Assembly: GCA_024704765.1 (NCBI GenBank)
Contig: JAKMXF010000188.1
Location: forward strand, 367,015-431,014
DNA: 64,000 nt
Direction of reading: 5' to 3'
DNA from: Oopsacas minuta
Lineage: Eukaryota; Animalia; Porifera
In this document: positions 35,145-46,758 of the stretch, piece after piece
How positions within the stretch are numbered: the stretch's first letter is position 1
Layout: each line of letters starts with the position of its first letter
Program-made: the position numbers and the translations under genes
Notes under the pieces: generated by a model
What the model was told of the DNA's origin: nothing
Database searches by the model: none
Seen by the model: the letters and a program-made list of their open reading frames with translations, nothing else

Positions 35145-38100
35145 ATGGATAGTAGAAATAGATTATCGGTAAGTGTTATTATGCTAGTCTTTTATTTATT
35201 GGTAGTTTAATGTTTATAACTGTTCCTAAACTTTTGTTTAGATTTTAATGATTGTTCTGTTGCTGATCATCAGTGAGTTATTTCTTATCTTGTTCAGTTG
35301 TTCTTATTAAGTTAAAAAGTTCAGATTATAGTGTTATTATTTGCTATTACTATTTTACCCATTCAAAGACTGTTAGTTGTTAAGTAGTATGATTGGTTAT
35401 CTCCATAATCCGTGAGATTATCAAAGTTTCTTTATATACATAATTATTCCTAATTATCAATTGCCATTTATGAAGCTCGGATAATATCATCATACATCCT
35501 GGCAACATAGCTGACGCCAGAATAAATGTATTGTATATTTGTAGAGTAACAAATTATCAACCACAAGCAAGCTTTGCTTGCTTGCACTGCGCGGCTCATG
35601 AACACTTGGTGTCTCCACGTGGCACCCTTTGGGTGACTCTTGTATTCTTAATGATTAAATAATACACGTTAACCGATAAACAACTCAAAATAGCTGTTCT
35701 ATAGGCCACAACACTCGTCAATTTTAACTGGACAAAACTATTCAGCCACTGCTAGAATTCCATACAAATGTTACTAATCTCGTCTATCCTTGGGGGAGGC
35801 CAATAAAGTAAAACTGTATGATTTATATCCTATGTCAAATTTGCATCTGCGTATTTAAAAACCTCGGTATACAGACTTCATATCTAGATACAAAATGATA
35901 ATTTTTGGCATAATTTGTCAATATTATTTCTTCCCTTGTAGAACGTGAAATATTGCGTCTTTCATTTCACAGAGAATATGTGAAATGATCGCTAGATACT
36001 TTTTATACAATTTGTTAGACAAAGGTTGGCTCGTTCTAGAGTTTCAGAGACCAGGGATGATTGATATTCATAAAAGGGGGCGCAGCATTTGTTAGAATTT
36101 CTACATATGTTTGCACTTGTTAGAATGGGGTTCCTTACTAAATGAATATGAGTGAGTTTAATAGACTGAAAACACAACAATAACTTGAATTAGAATTAAT
36201 TAATAAATATTTGAAATGTGTTCTCAATATCTGAGCGACATATAGGGCACGGCTGGCCTAGATCTTTAATCCTCTGGCTGCATCTGGTACAACAACAAGC
36301 GTGCCTGCAAGGCATGAATATCCAAGTGGCTGTACGTTGACCCAAACAAACAATGCATTTGTTTTCTTTTGTAGGCCCTTCATCTGCGGATTCGTTGTCC
36401 GAAAATTCGCTATCGCTCGAGGTCAGAGTGCAGTGAAAATATGATTTTCCAATAGTGTGGCTGATAGCTTCCAGGAACTGCCAAGGATTGTAATCTCCGT
36501 TACTTAACTTTTGCTTCAAAGTACACCTACGTTCAAAGTTCATTAAATTATTCTTTTTGGGGGGCCTACTAATTTCTCTGCCTTGGCACAAACGACCGAC
36601 ATCATTGTCCACATCCTGAATTATGTTGTTTAGAACTCCAATAAAACTCCATATCCTAGGATGACTTGTACGTATATTTGACTTGAGTTTTGAATGGTAA
36701 CTTTCGGAACCGTTGTTGGTTGTGATATTTATGTCATTAATGGAGAGTTCCTCCGGGGAAATTTGATTTATCCACCTCCTCTTGAAGTATTTCTTCAGCT
36801 TTTCGAGTTTTATTCCCTCAGAGTTTTCTGGCACTCGAATAAAATTAAAAGTAGGAATAATTAACGCGGCTGGCAAAAATGGGATAGACATCAGTTGTTT
36901 AATATAATTTTCAATTTCTTGCTTGTTACGGTATCCTTCTACAAGTCCAAGCTTTTGGGTTTTTGCCCAAATACGCTGGGTGAAATGAAACCAGCATCCA
37001 TAAATCTTTACCTGGGGATAAGTTTCTCTAAACGCATTTCGAGAGGCGTCTTCCCAATCTGACATTGAGGCCAGAGGTCGAAAGTGAGGAATATTCTGCG
37101 AAATGCTTTCCAGTATAGCTTGATATAGCTGTTGGTTTTTCCCGGTCAATAAGTAGTGTATCGCAGGTAGAGTGTGCCTTCCCACTGAAATGAAAATAGT
37201 CCACAACTGATAAAATTGAATGGGTACAGTAAAGAATGTCCCATCGTATTGTATGTTGGTAATTTGTGATAAAAAATCTTTCATCGGCTCTGAAAAGAAT
37301 ACTGCACCAAGTTCATTGCCAACAGAGACGCTAAATTTGTAATACTTCCCGAAGTTTGTAGTTGTTATCATGTCACTAAATTCCAAAGCTGTCTGAGGTA
37401 TCTTAGGTTCTAGAGTTTTTCTCGCCCGAAACATCGTGGATTCGCATTCTGAAAAAGATATTTCACATGCTCGTGGATCATCTCTTGTCACATCATCGAA
37501 AACCTTCCGGAGATTCATTTGCGAGTTTCTTGCAACTGTCATACATTTTGTTTTGAGAGCAAATAATTCAGTTTTATATGCCTCACTGTCATGATTATGC
37601 GAATTTAAGGGAGTAATCAGATCTCTTTCACGATTGAGTTTGCATGTTCCTTTGCAACCACCTCTGAATAAAGCACACCTTAGGTAAACAAAATTGACAT
37701 TTGATTTAGAAAGAATGTATTTGTTTCCATCTGACGTAGTGAAAACCTTTCCGACAGTACGTTTGTATTCCTCCAATGTATATTCCATCAAAATAATTGG
37801 TTGTAAATATATACCAGAGACAAAAAAATGTTATTAAATACGATTCAGATGGGGAACTTGTTTGGTTCCTCCAGAGAGATCAAATTCAGTGACATACAAC
37901 AATATTTTTGGCTGATATGATGAAGGCGTTGGAGTTGTGCATTCAACACTACATCATGAATGAACCATTCTAACAAGTGCAAACATATGAAAAACAATTC
38001 TAACAAGTGCAAACATATGAGAAAAACAATTCTAACAAGTGCAACCATATGAAAAACCATTCTAACAAGTGCAACCATATGAAAAACCATTCTAACAAGT

Positions 38101-41100
38101 GCAAACATATGAAAAACCATTCTAACAAGTGCAAACATATGAAAAACCATTCTAACAAGTGCAAACATATGAAAAACCATTCTAACAAGTGCAAACATAT
38201 GATAAACCATTCTAACAAGTGCAAACATATGAAAAACCATTCTAACAAGTGCAAACATATGAAAAAACCATTCTAACAAGTGCAAACATATGAAAAACCA
38301 TTCTAACAAGTGCAAACTGTAGAAATTCTAACAAATGACTACTTCTAAATTCTAACAAATGCATGCACCCCTCATAAAAATGTGTAATCCCTGGTCTCTA
38401 CTGTAACTCAAGAACTAGCCACTTGGTATTATTTTGTATGAAAATATTTATTGATCATTTCATATAATAATAATAATAATAATAATCTATATTATTAAAT
38501 CTCAATTGTTGTTTGTTTGTCTGTTTGTTTGTCCGTTGTCAAGGAAAGGAATTGCGGTATGCAATTTTAAATTGTCGCTTAACTATGTATTTATTGTGTT
38601 TATCAAGGAAATAAATAGAATTCAATAAAACTTCACTAAATATATCGAACATGCTGAATCCGATTTTCACACTTTTGGATTAATCATATGTAAATTTATT
38701 TGTTGTTTTTATGAATATAAAGTAAACAAATTTAAAAATTGAGGTAGAATCCTGCACTCAACGACTATACTGGGTAATCGGGTATGCTGAGTCTGAATAT
38801 TGTGAAAAACATCAATACTATTAAATCTCAATTGTTGTTCGCTGTTTGTTTGTCCGTTGAATACCTCGGGGCGCAATGCGCCGAGTTCATCGCGAAGCGA
38901 CAAGCCAAAGGCTCGTCATAATAATAATAATAATAATAATAATAAATTGTGTAACTAAATAATTTGTGAAATGAAATCATAGGCGCCGAACCCAGAGGTG
39001 CTGGGGGGCTCGAGCCACCCCTCGTTTGGGTTACAGCCCCATAGAGCTAATACAAAATATATGTGTGAGCTCCCCTGGATCGTTGAAAGTTCGGCGTCCC
39101 TAATATTTCATCATATAATGGTTGATAATAATTTGTTGCTCTACAAATATACAGTACATTTATTCGCGCAGAAATGCGTCATTTCTGCAATATAGAACTC
39201 ACATAGAATTAGTTATATCGGCCAACATATCCCTAGTCCAAAATCCACAAGTGACTGTTTGCCCTTATGTAAAGTAGGCTATGTCAGAACTCATACGTGC
39301 ACACCAAGGGACTTATTTTTATAATTCTATATGTCACTTCCTTGTACTGTAGAGTACTCTGTATTTTGGTGATGCTGTAAACTTCAAATGTTATAATGAA
39401 TAGTCTTGCCCTGACATTATATCAGTAGGTCTTGATTATACCAATAGTTTTGAAATCCATTCATTCCTTTTCAGAACATGTCATATTCTTATTCCATTCT
39501 ACAGGTTGTCTACTGGTATCTATATCAGGTGCAGATAACAATCCTAATATTAATACTCAACTCTCTTCTGACAGTAATACCAATGGTGATGAATCTAACA
39601 TGGTACCATATAGTAATACCAATGGTGATGAATCTAACATGGTACCATATAGTAATACCAATGGTGATGAATCTAACATGGTACCATATAGTAATACCAA
39701 TGGTGATGAATCTAACATGGTGCCATACAGTAATACCAATGGTGATGAATCTAACATGGTACCATATAGTAATACCAATGGTGATGAATCTAACATGGTA
39801 CCATACAGTAATACCAATGGTGATGAATCTAACATGGTATCATATACTAATAATGCAGTTTCTAACGACCAAGGGATGGCAGATTACGATGCTGACAGGG
39901 ACTATATGGAATCCAACTCAGATACAAATAGCAATAATATGAACGGAGGATATACTGGTATAATTTTGTGATTTGTAATTTATGTGGAGATAATATACTG
40001 ACTGAAATATGGGGCTGTATTCCCGCTATACGAGAATCGAGATTTTCCTTTGCAAAATATTGATATACGTATGTACGAATTATTCTGAATATTCTGTACT
40101 TAACCTCTGGATATCGATTTTGAATACCTTCCCCATGCAATGAATTCCTCTAACCGGGCCGGATGTATGTAAATCATAATCAAAATCAAATCCATTTTCC
40201 ACAAGACCGATAACCCTATCCAATCCATGATTTCCTAATTGGCGGAATTGGTAATGCATACACTTATTTGTAATTTAATCATATGAAATACCATAACTGG
40301 ACATATCAAAATATATCATTCAATTTAGTGACTACAAATTTGTTTATCCTTTTTCGATTGATACAATTTGGAAATGTAACACCTGCATTCTAAGTAATTA
40401 AGAAATTCATATTCAATGTAAATCAAAGTAGCAGTATGGAGAAATACAATCATTTAATAATATAGATTATTGAGTTATGTGTTGTTAGGATCAGAAACAA
40501 GTCATGACATGTCACAAGTAGAGCATGACATAAGTGAGCTCTCTAACGAGCTACATAATCTTGAGTCTGAAGTATCACAACAAAACAGAGAGGGATCTCA
40601 ACCCTCTTCTACTCTGCTACAGAGAATGGAGGCAGAGATACAGCAAGCAGAATCTGAACTTAGACTAGTTCAAAATGAGTTACAGAGATTACAAGATTCT
40701 GAATCTACATTAGATGGGAGGGTTAGTGAGATATCTAGTAGTGAAAACATGCTTGAAAATACTCTAATAGAGAAGATGAGGCGGATAGAAGAAGAATTAC
40801 GTAGGTTACAGAATATTGACAATATTGTCCACACGAATACTGATACTATGGGGAGTAATAGGGGAGATACAAATACAAATTTTGATTCTAATGCAGACTA
40901 CGATTTGGATGCTGATTACGATCCTAATTCCAATTCAAATAGTAATATGTTTCAACCATTCAACATCCCTAATACACAATCCAATTCAGATACTCCAGAT
41001 TATGAGAATGACGTGTATGAAGCTGATATGGACTATTATCCTGCTGGACAATCTCCTGAGGATGATGGGCCTGAATTCCAAGCTCTACTAGCACAGAATA

Positions 41101-41258
41101 AATACCAGGGAAAGATCGTTGGTATAGTATTTGCATCTCTCCTAGCATTAATACTAACTCTAAGTATTGCGTTTGGTTGTATTATCAATGCTATTCTGTT
41201 TGTTAAGAGAAAGCGAGCTGGAAGCAAAGCTGAGTCTGCTTTACTGAATTCTAAATAA
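35145..41258 (+). CDS. Uncharacterised type I membrane protein (acidic 13-aa repeats, coiled coil, TM); exons 35145-35168, 35242-35272, 39505-39957, 40489-41258
   Basis: Phase-compatible GT-AG exons give the signal peptide MDSRNRLSILMIVLLLIISCLLVSISGA. This is followed by (SNTNGDESNMVPY)x7, a heptad-rich region of about 100 aa, an Asp/Asn/Tyr-rich spacer, the TM IVGIVFASLLALILTLSIAFGCIINAILFV and the tail KRKRAGSKAESALLNSK. Confidence 0.7.
36196..37791 (-). CDS. MULE transposase (FLYWCH-like + DDE) with C-terminal C3HC4 RING finger, intact 531-aa ORF
   Basis: YLRC...CKG...HNH; YDGTF; SDWEDA...YGCWFHFTQRIW; TNNGSESYHSKLK; C-terminal CIVC-x12-CRH-x3-CTRC-x10-CPICR. Confidence 0.9.
   Translation of the reverse strand: MMEYTLEEYKRTVGKVFTTSDGNKYILSKSNVNFVYLRCALFRGGCKGTCKLNRERDLITPLNSHNHDSEAYKTELFALKTKCMTVARNSQMNLRKVFDDVTRDDPRACEISFSECESTMFRARKTLEPKIPQTALEFSDMITTTNFGKYYKFSVSVGNELGAVFFSEPMKDFLSQITNIQYDGTFFTVPIQFYQLWTIFISVGRHTLPAIHYLLTGKNQQLYQAILESISQNIPHFRPLASMSDWEDASRNAFRETYPQVKIYGCWFHFTQRIWAKTQKLGLVEGYRNKQEIENYIKQLMSIPFLPAALIIPTFNFIRVPENSEGIKLEKLKKYFKRRWINQISPEELSINDINITTNNGSESYHSKLKSNIRTSHPRIWSFIGVLNNIIQDVDNDVGRLCQGREISRPPKKNNLMNFERRCTLKQKLSNGDYNPWQFLEAISHTIGKSYFHCTLTSSDSEFSDNESADEGPTKENKCIVCLGQRTATWIFMPCRHACCCTRCSQRIKDLGQPCPICRSDIENTFQIFIN
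37963..38317. repeat. Tandem array, about 30-bp unit x12 (AAAAACCATTCTAACAAGTGCAAACATATG), at the 5' end of the MULE
   Basis: Twelve copies of TTCTAACAAGTGCAA counted, with no spacers between them. One reverse-complement copy of the unit lies in the opposite TIR (about 36100-36130). Confidence 0.95.
38485..38916 (-). mobile_element. Helitron/HINE-like non-autonomous repeat (composite short+long unit), flanked by (TAA)n
   Basis: Reverse complement of the 52315-52882 family, with two 3'-type ends (GACAAACAAAC...TTGAGATTTAATAATA). Confidence 0.55.
39573..39845 (+). repeat. Coding minisatellite, 39-bp unit x7 (SNTNGDESNMVPY)
   Basis: AGTAATACCAATGGTGATGAATCTAACATGGTACCATAT repeated seven times with few substitutions. 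Confidence 0.95.
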
Positions 41259-42587
41259 GCTTTATTTCCACTGTGCGTGTGAATTTCTGTGTATGTATAG
41301 AGAGAGGTAGTATTTTACGAGATGTGAATTATTGTTTTTGTATTTACTATTACATTAGTTTCACTCGATAATCAGAGCATTCTCTGGGGCAGCTACAGAG
41401 GCATAGAAGTTTGCAAAGGAATTTTGTGAAGATAATAAGTATAGTTTTACTTTGAATGCTAATTAGAACTAATTAGTGGAAATAATTATCCCTAATTGCT
41501 GATTATCGGGTGTGAGTGTCTACTGTAATATAACTCCAATATAATCAATAAGCATTTGAGTGTGTAATGAGGAAGTATATTATTACGTGTTTATGTAACG
41601 GTAGATGATCCCAAATTAGAGTCATATATGGGTGTCTCTCTTTCAAATTTCATATAATGGAACAGCACGAATTTTAAGCCGCGTTTTTTCAAAATGCTTA
41701 ATCAGTTAGTGTGGCCAGATGTCCTTTTAATGGAGGGATAGTATACCTATCCTAGCATATGATTACACATGATTTGTTAAAATTATCCAAAACCCTTGAA
41801 ATCGAATTTTGTGATAGAAAGGAGAATTCCTTTATTATCATGTAAACGTATAAACTTATCAAAAAGATATTTTAGCTACATTTTTAAATACAGTATAACT
41901 ATGAGTGAGTCACACTGAAAACGTCCTTTCCTGAGGTTACACCTGTTAATTACCTCTATAGTAGTTTAGAACAAGTTTCTATCCAAAATTAACTTCTCTA
42001 ATTGCTAAGTAGTTGTATGTGTAGACTTTTGAAACTTCTCTTATTTATTCTCAAATCACGTAAAAGTATGCTATTGTAAGGAATTCCTCTTCTTGTAGTT
42101 TGCAACACATTTTGAAATAATTCCCCGTATACCTTATGCGGTACAGATATTACACAAGGGAATACATACTTCTAAATATTGTCAGCATTTTGCATCCGCT
42201 ATCAGTATGCCCTCGATTATCCGAACACCTTCGCCTTTGAATTCAAGTATGGTGTTCGGATAACTGAAATAGTGTATTTTGATGCATGAAATTCACTGTG
42301 GGATGATATATGAAAATTTTGATTTTGTAATTTTGTATATTTTACTGCATCTTCATGCCAATAAGGTTTCAAAAAACTAGTATATTATGGTAGTCAGAAG
42401 CACCAAAATCTGTAAAATTTCCTAAACTAAACATAATTCCTGCTGTTCGGATAACCGAGGGTCTACAGGTGTCAATCAATATTTATTAGTATTACGGTTT
42501 TTAAATATTTTGATAAACGTCTCTGATATTTATTCATGAATCCACCTATAAACCTAAATATATTATTGACTAGTATTCAATTATATA

Positions 42588-45133
42588 ATGTCAGGATTTA
42601 AACACTATCCCATTGATATTGGAGATCAATCCTTCGTAAGCGTATCCTCTCACAATCCCGCCCCTCCTTCCCATCACGATCTACCTCCTCATGATAACAA
42701 TAACGCTTATTTTCACACTAACGAGCCTCCAACCCTAAACAATTTTCCTAAAGTTGTCAACAAAACCCCTGAGCAGGAGAGCTACCATCCCTCCCATATC
42801 CCTAACAATCCCAAACAGTCTTCACCTGCCTACTACTCTTCTATTGATCATCCTCCTGCTATAGAACCGCGACAGATTCCATCAACTCTTAATTCACGGA
42901 ATTATCAGAATGTTGTAACTTCTCCGTCGCCTAGAAATCAGAGACAACAGAATGTCAGTCCTCCTACCCGTGAACCTGCTAAGCTGGAGAAGCGTGTTCC
43001 TATTTCTAGGTATGTTCTATGACTATAGCGTTTTAATAATCCGAGTACTTACTAACCGAATACTACCGTACATATAAGTAGTCTACTTGTTTATGTTCCG
43101 CAAGTTGGCCTATATTATCTTGCATAGATTTTTGAATAATAAAAATAGATGGGAAAAGTTGTGCGAGCGGGAAAAAGAATTTGGGATGGGCAATTTGGAT
43201 AAATTCATTGTAATCTAAGTTTCCAGTAGTCTATCAATAGACAGATAGGATATGCTGTGATTTTTAAATCCTTGAATAAGCGCTGAGGCCGAGTATTTCG
43301 TCTGCACAAAATTATAATATCCATGCTATGACAATATAGTACATTTATAATCAGTGCTTTTCACAGTCCAGCCGATTCCTGTAATGAGTTATCGACTCTC
43401 ATGAGTCATTACTCGTGAAAAAATTTGACCCGAGTCAATAGTTGATGACTGGCGAGGCGGACTCTATGACCCTCGATAAAATTCCTAAAATTGATTAATG
43501 ACTATAATCAATAAATGATTCGATTGCTCGTGCATGATTACTCAGTCATTGGGGCGCTCGTGACTCTCGGGAACTTCCTGTTACAAGTGACGAGTCTCCT
43601 ACGAGTCATTTCAATGATTTCCTGTATATTACAGCTTGTGTTTGTGTAGAGAACCAGTATGCAGCACTAAACCTCCTATGGCAGATCCTGACAAGGTTAC
43701 TAATCCAAGCTGTATAGGATGTATTTGTTTCCCTTATGACATGCTCAGAACTATAACTAACAACTTTGATAACACAAAGTACAGTGAGGGAGGATATCGG
43801 TTAGGTGAGGGAGGGTTTGGTCCTGTGTTCCTGGGATACCTATGCTCAACTGCTATTGCTATTAAAGTACTGCAAAATGCTTCCGTGAGTTAACCTTACG
43901 ACTTAATAGCTTGACTATATGTTTACTATTTGTGGACCTTATAGACTGGTAGGAAGGTGTATAAAGGAGATGAACAGTTTATAACTGAAATAAGTGTGCT
44001 TACTAGGTTAGATATATTTTATTTTCATTCTATTATTCACCAGTTACCATTGATTATAACACGGAAAATACTCAATACCGTTGATGCTTGTTATTTACCA
44101 TTTCTCTTCATTTATGAAACTGTTCGTTAGAAACTTGTTTCAGTCTCACCTCTCTGTACTAATTAGCTATCACAGTAATACTTATCGCTAGCCTCATTAT
44201 TGTCAAGGTTTCAACAGAATGTATGTCATGTCAGTACACAAATTTGAGAGTCGAAACAAGTTTATCATTTATAAGTTAAAACCAGGGATGATACCAATAT
44301 CCGATCCAGGATTAATCAATAATACAAAAATGGGGGGGGGGGCTGCAGCCCCAGTATCTACGAGCCTTGCTGTTTACAACACGTTAGCTGCATTTTCAAC
44401 CCAATGTATATATAACCTTAATAATACTTTGAATTACATTATCTTTACATATTTAAACTGTTTGTGTAGATATAGACATGCTAATCTGCTCACTCTAATG
44501 GGGTACTCTGATAACGGACCTAGCAGGTGTATTGTGTATGAGTTCATGTCTAATGGAACTTTAGAAGATTGGTTAGAGGGAAAGGTAAACTAATAATTAT
44601 TACTTAAATCCATTTGTAATATACTGGCAAGGTTCTGTGATATCTTGACAGAACTATGAATATCATTTATCACAGTTTTTAACACATTACCGTATTTCCC
44701 TGAATAACCGCCTGGGATAGAAAATAGCTCCAAACCTGTGAATAACATTTATCACCACCCTCTAGAAAAATATTTTGTTTTGAAATTTACGCCACACTTA
44801 ACCATGCTACAAATTGGATAATTAGTTTCCCAAAATCTTTGGTATTTTCGAAAATTGACCAAATATTTGGACGAAAAAATGCCGACGAAATAATAAGATC
44901 CCGTGCGCTTATTCAGGGAAATACAGTATATATATTCTAAGTCATGACAATCCACTTAAGGAGGATTATTTACATATTATTTTTAATTATCTAAAACATA
45001 ATAATTTCAATCTACAGAAACTACCTTTACATTGGACATCACGACATAGTATACTAAAGGACACAGCTAGAGGTCTCTTGTATCTACACAAAGCTGATCC
45101 GAGTCATCCTCTCATTCACAGAGATGTCAAGAC
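42588..45133 (+). CDS. IRAK4/Pelle-like kinase, partial; exons 42588(or 42574)-43009, 43650-43884, 43945-44006, 44470-44584, 45018-45133
   Basis: Phase-compatible exons encode FPYDMLRTITNNFD...GGYRLGEGGFGPVFLG, IAIKVL, EQFITEISVLTRYRHANLL, CIVYEFMSNGTLEDWL (Tyr at the IRAK gatekeeper position) and LIHRDVKT. A Pro/Ser/Asn-rich linker lies upstream. No death-domain or DFG-onward exons were identified. Confidence 0.8.
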
Positions 45134-45657
45134 GTGAGTGTTATTACATACTTATATTGTTATTATATGTAACGTGAATATTGTGACATCATAGAATAGG
45201 CCCGTAAACTAGTGGTCTTCAACCTTTAATGCAAGTACCCCTTGATTAAGTTACAATACATCTGAGTAGCTCCTTATCTAATTGCAATATATAAAGGTGG
45301 ATTAATCAACATATCACAATCAAGATTTGTACCCATATATCGGACATGAAAACTATTGAATGTATCTTACTCTTCACTATTTGTTTTTTTGTTTTTTTTG
45401 AAATCACGATTTCGATATTGGGATTCCAAAAAATATCGAAAATACATATCCGAAATATCGGGAATATTCGAAATAATTAATATCAAACTATAACAAAATG
45501 GTAAGTTCGATATTTATTTCCGAATTTCGCTCTGTAGTAATTTCGATATTTTCCTAATTTAGAATATCGAACCGATATTTACTGTATTGGGTAACTTCCG
45601 ATATATCGTATCTTATCGTGTCGGAGAATTTAACCTATGTTGATATTTACCATGCTC

Positions 45658-46267
45658 TAGGGTGCGACCCGTGCGGGCTTTATTGTAAATCACCGGCTGC
45701 GGGATTTTTTCCACGGGCCGCGGGCACAAAACGGGCTGAAAAGAGTCAAAAAGAACAATTTTACAGATGATGAATATACTTTAATTATAGAATTAGGTCA
45801 TGAAATTATTACTATTTTAGTATATGTAAGTATCACAAGTATTATAAATGTTATTTTCGTTTAATCTAATAATCCTCATAGAGAGGTAGAATCATGTCAG
45901 TGTTATCTGTAGTCTCAGCTTCAATGTATTGTCTGCTGATTCTTATCAGTAAGCAATCAGTTACTATATCATTTCCCAAGGATGCACGGAGAGGAGAGTG
46001 AATTTGCTTGTGTCGAGAAAACAGTCGTTCAACCGAAGCCTCACTAACTGCGATTTTGTTGAGTATTTGTTCTTCAAACACTTTCAGTTTGGGGTAATGT
46101 TGGATTGTATTACCTTCCAACCCAGCACCAAACTCCCTGGCAGCATATAGCATATCAAAATCTGAACGAACTTTCATTAACTGAAGCCATTTTCCAGTCA
46201 TTTCGAAGTCAATATCTCCAGTCTTTCCATTTAACCAGTTTATAAGATGAATAACAATATTTTCAAG
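45658..46267 (-). mobile_element. 3' end of a hAT element (dimerisation-domain fragment plus TIR), truncated at the MULE
   Basis: ORF 45866-46201 has AVSEASVERLFSRHKQIHSPLRASL; TAGGGTGCGACCCGTGCGGG terminus at 45658. Confidence 0.7.
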
Positions 46268-46615
46268 GGAAGTCCGACATTTCGTTACACGACATTTCGC
46301 TACAGCGACATTTCGTTACACGACATTTCGTTACACGACATCTCGCTACAGACATTTCGCTACAGCGACATTTCGCTACACGACATTTCGCTACTTATTT
46401 GATTGGTCAATTTTAATTATTATTTTAAATCAAATTTTAAAGTAGTTTAACGGTTTGAAAATAAATAAAGTACTCAGATATCAATATACAATTCTAAGTA
46501 GAGTTAAATAATACTCATAAATTGTTCTTGAAATAAGGATTCGATAATAATATAGGAATTTCAATGTATCAACTGTGAATTTCTAAGGTCAAACTTGTAT
46601 AGTTTCCCTGATAGG

Positions 46616-46758
46616 GTAAAATGCTCTGACTAAGATAGATGAAAGTTATTTTAGGATTCGTATATATGGTTCATCATGAGCAGTATTATACTGCTCATGA
46701 TGAACCATATATACGAATCCTAAAATAACTTTCATCTATCTTAGTCAGAGCATTTTAC
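46616..46758. repeat. Perfect palindrome, 71-bp arms and a 1-nt loop (centre 46687)
   Basis: GTAAAATGCTCTGACTAAG...CATGAGCAGTAT-T-ATACTGCTCATG...CTTAGTCAGAGCATTTTAC; extends to 76 bp with one mismatch. Confidence 0.95.

Larger units (their letters stand above)
36027..38421 (-). mobile_element. MULE (Mutator-like) element with degenerate TIRs, in intron 2 of the membrane-protein gene
   Basis: Left TGGCTCGTTCTAGAGTTTCAGAGACCAGGGAT...CATTTGTTAGAATTTCTACATATGTTTGCACTTGTTAGAATGG matches the reverse complement of 38300-38421. TSD not resolved; ends approximate. Confidence 0.75.

Noticed and set aside
37845-38315. ORFs of 156, 84 and 89 aa (MFALVRMVFH / HLLEWFFICL / KHMKNHSNKC repeats)
   Set aside because: These are artefacts of a stop-free 30-bp repeat read in several frames.
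37963-38317. CRISPR-like array of about 30-bp repeats
   Set aside because: The units are head-to-tail with no unique spacers, there are no cas genes, and the context is eukaryotic. It is a transposon subterminal tandem repeat.
39478-39942. Alternative-frame and antisense ORFs over the 39-bp repeat (39478-39942, 39557-39835)
   Set aside because: These are shadows of the repeat; only the SNTNGDESNMVPY frame joins compatible splice sites.
43375-43615. Cluster of GACTC/GAGTC motifs in an IRAK-like intron
   Set aside because: It looks like subterminal repeats of a decayed DNA transposon; no TIR/TSD pair resolved and no regular period.
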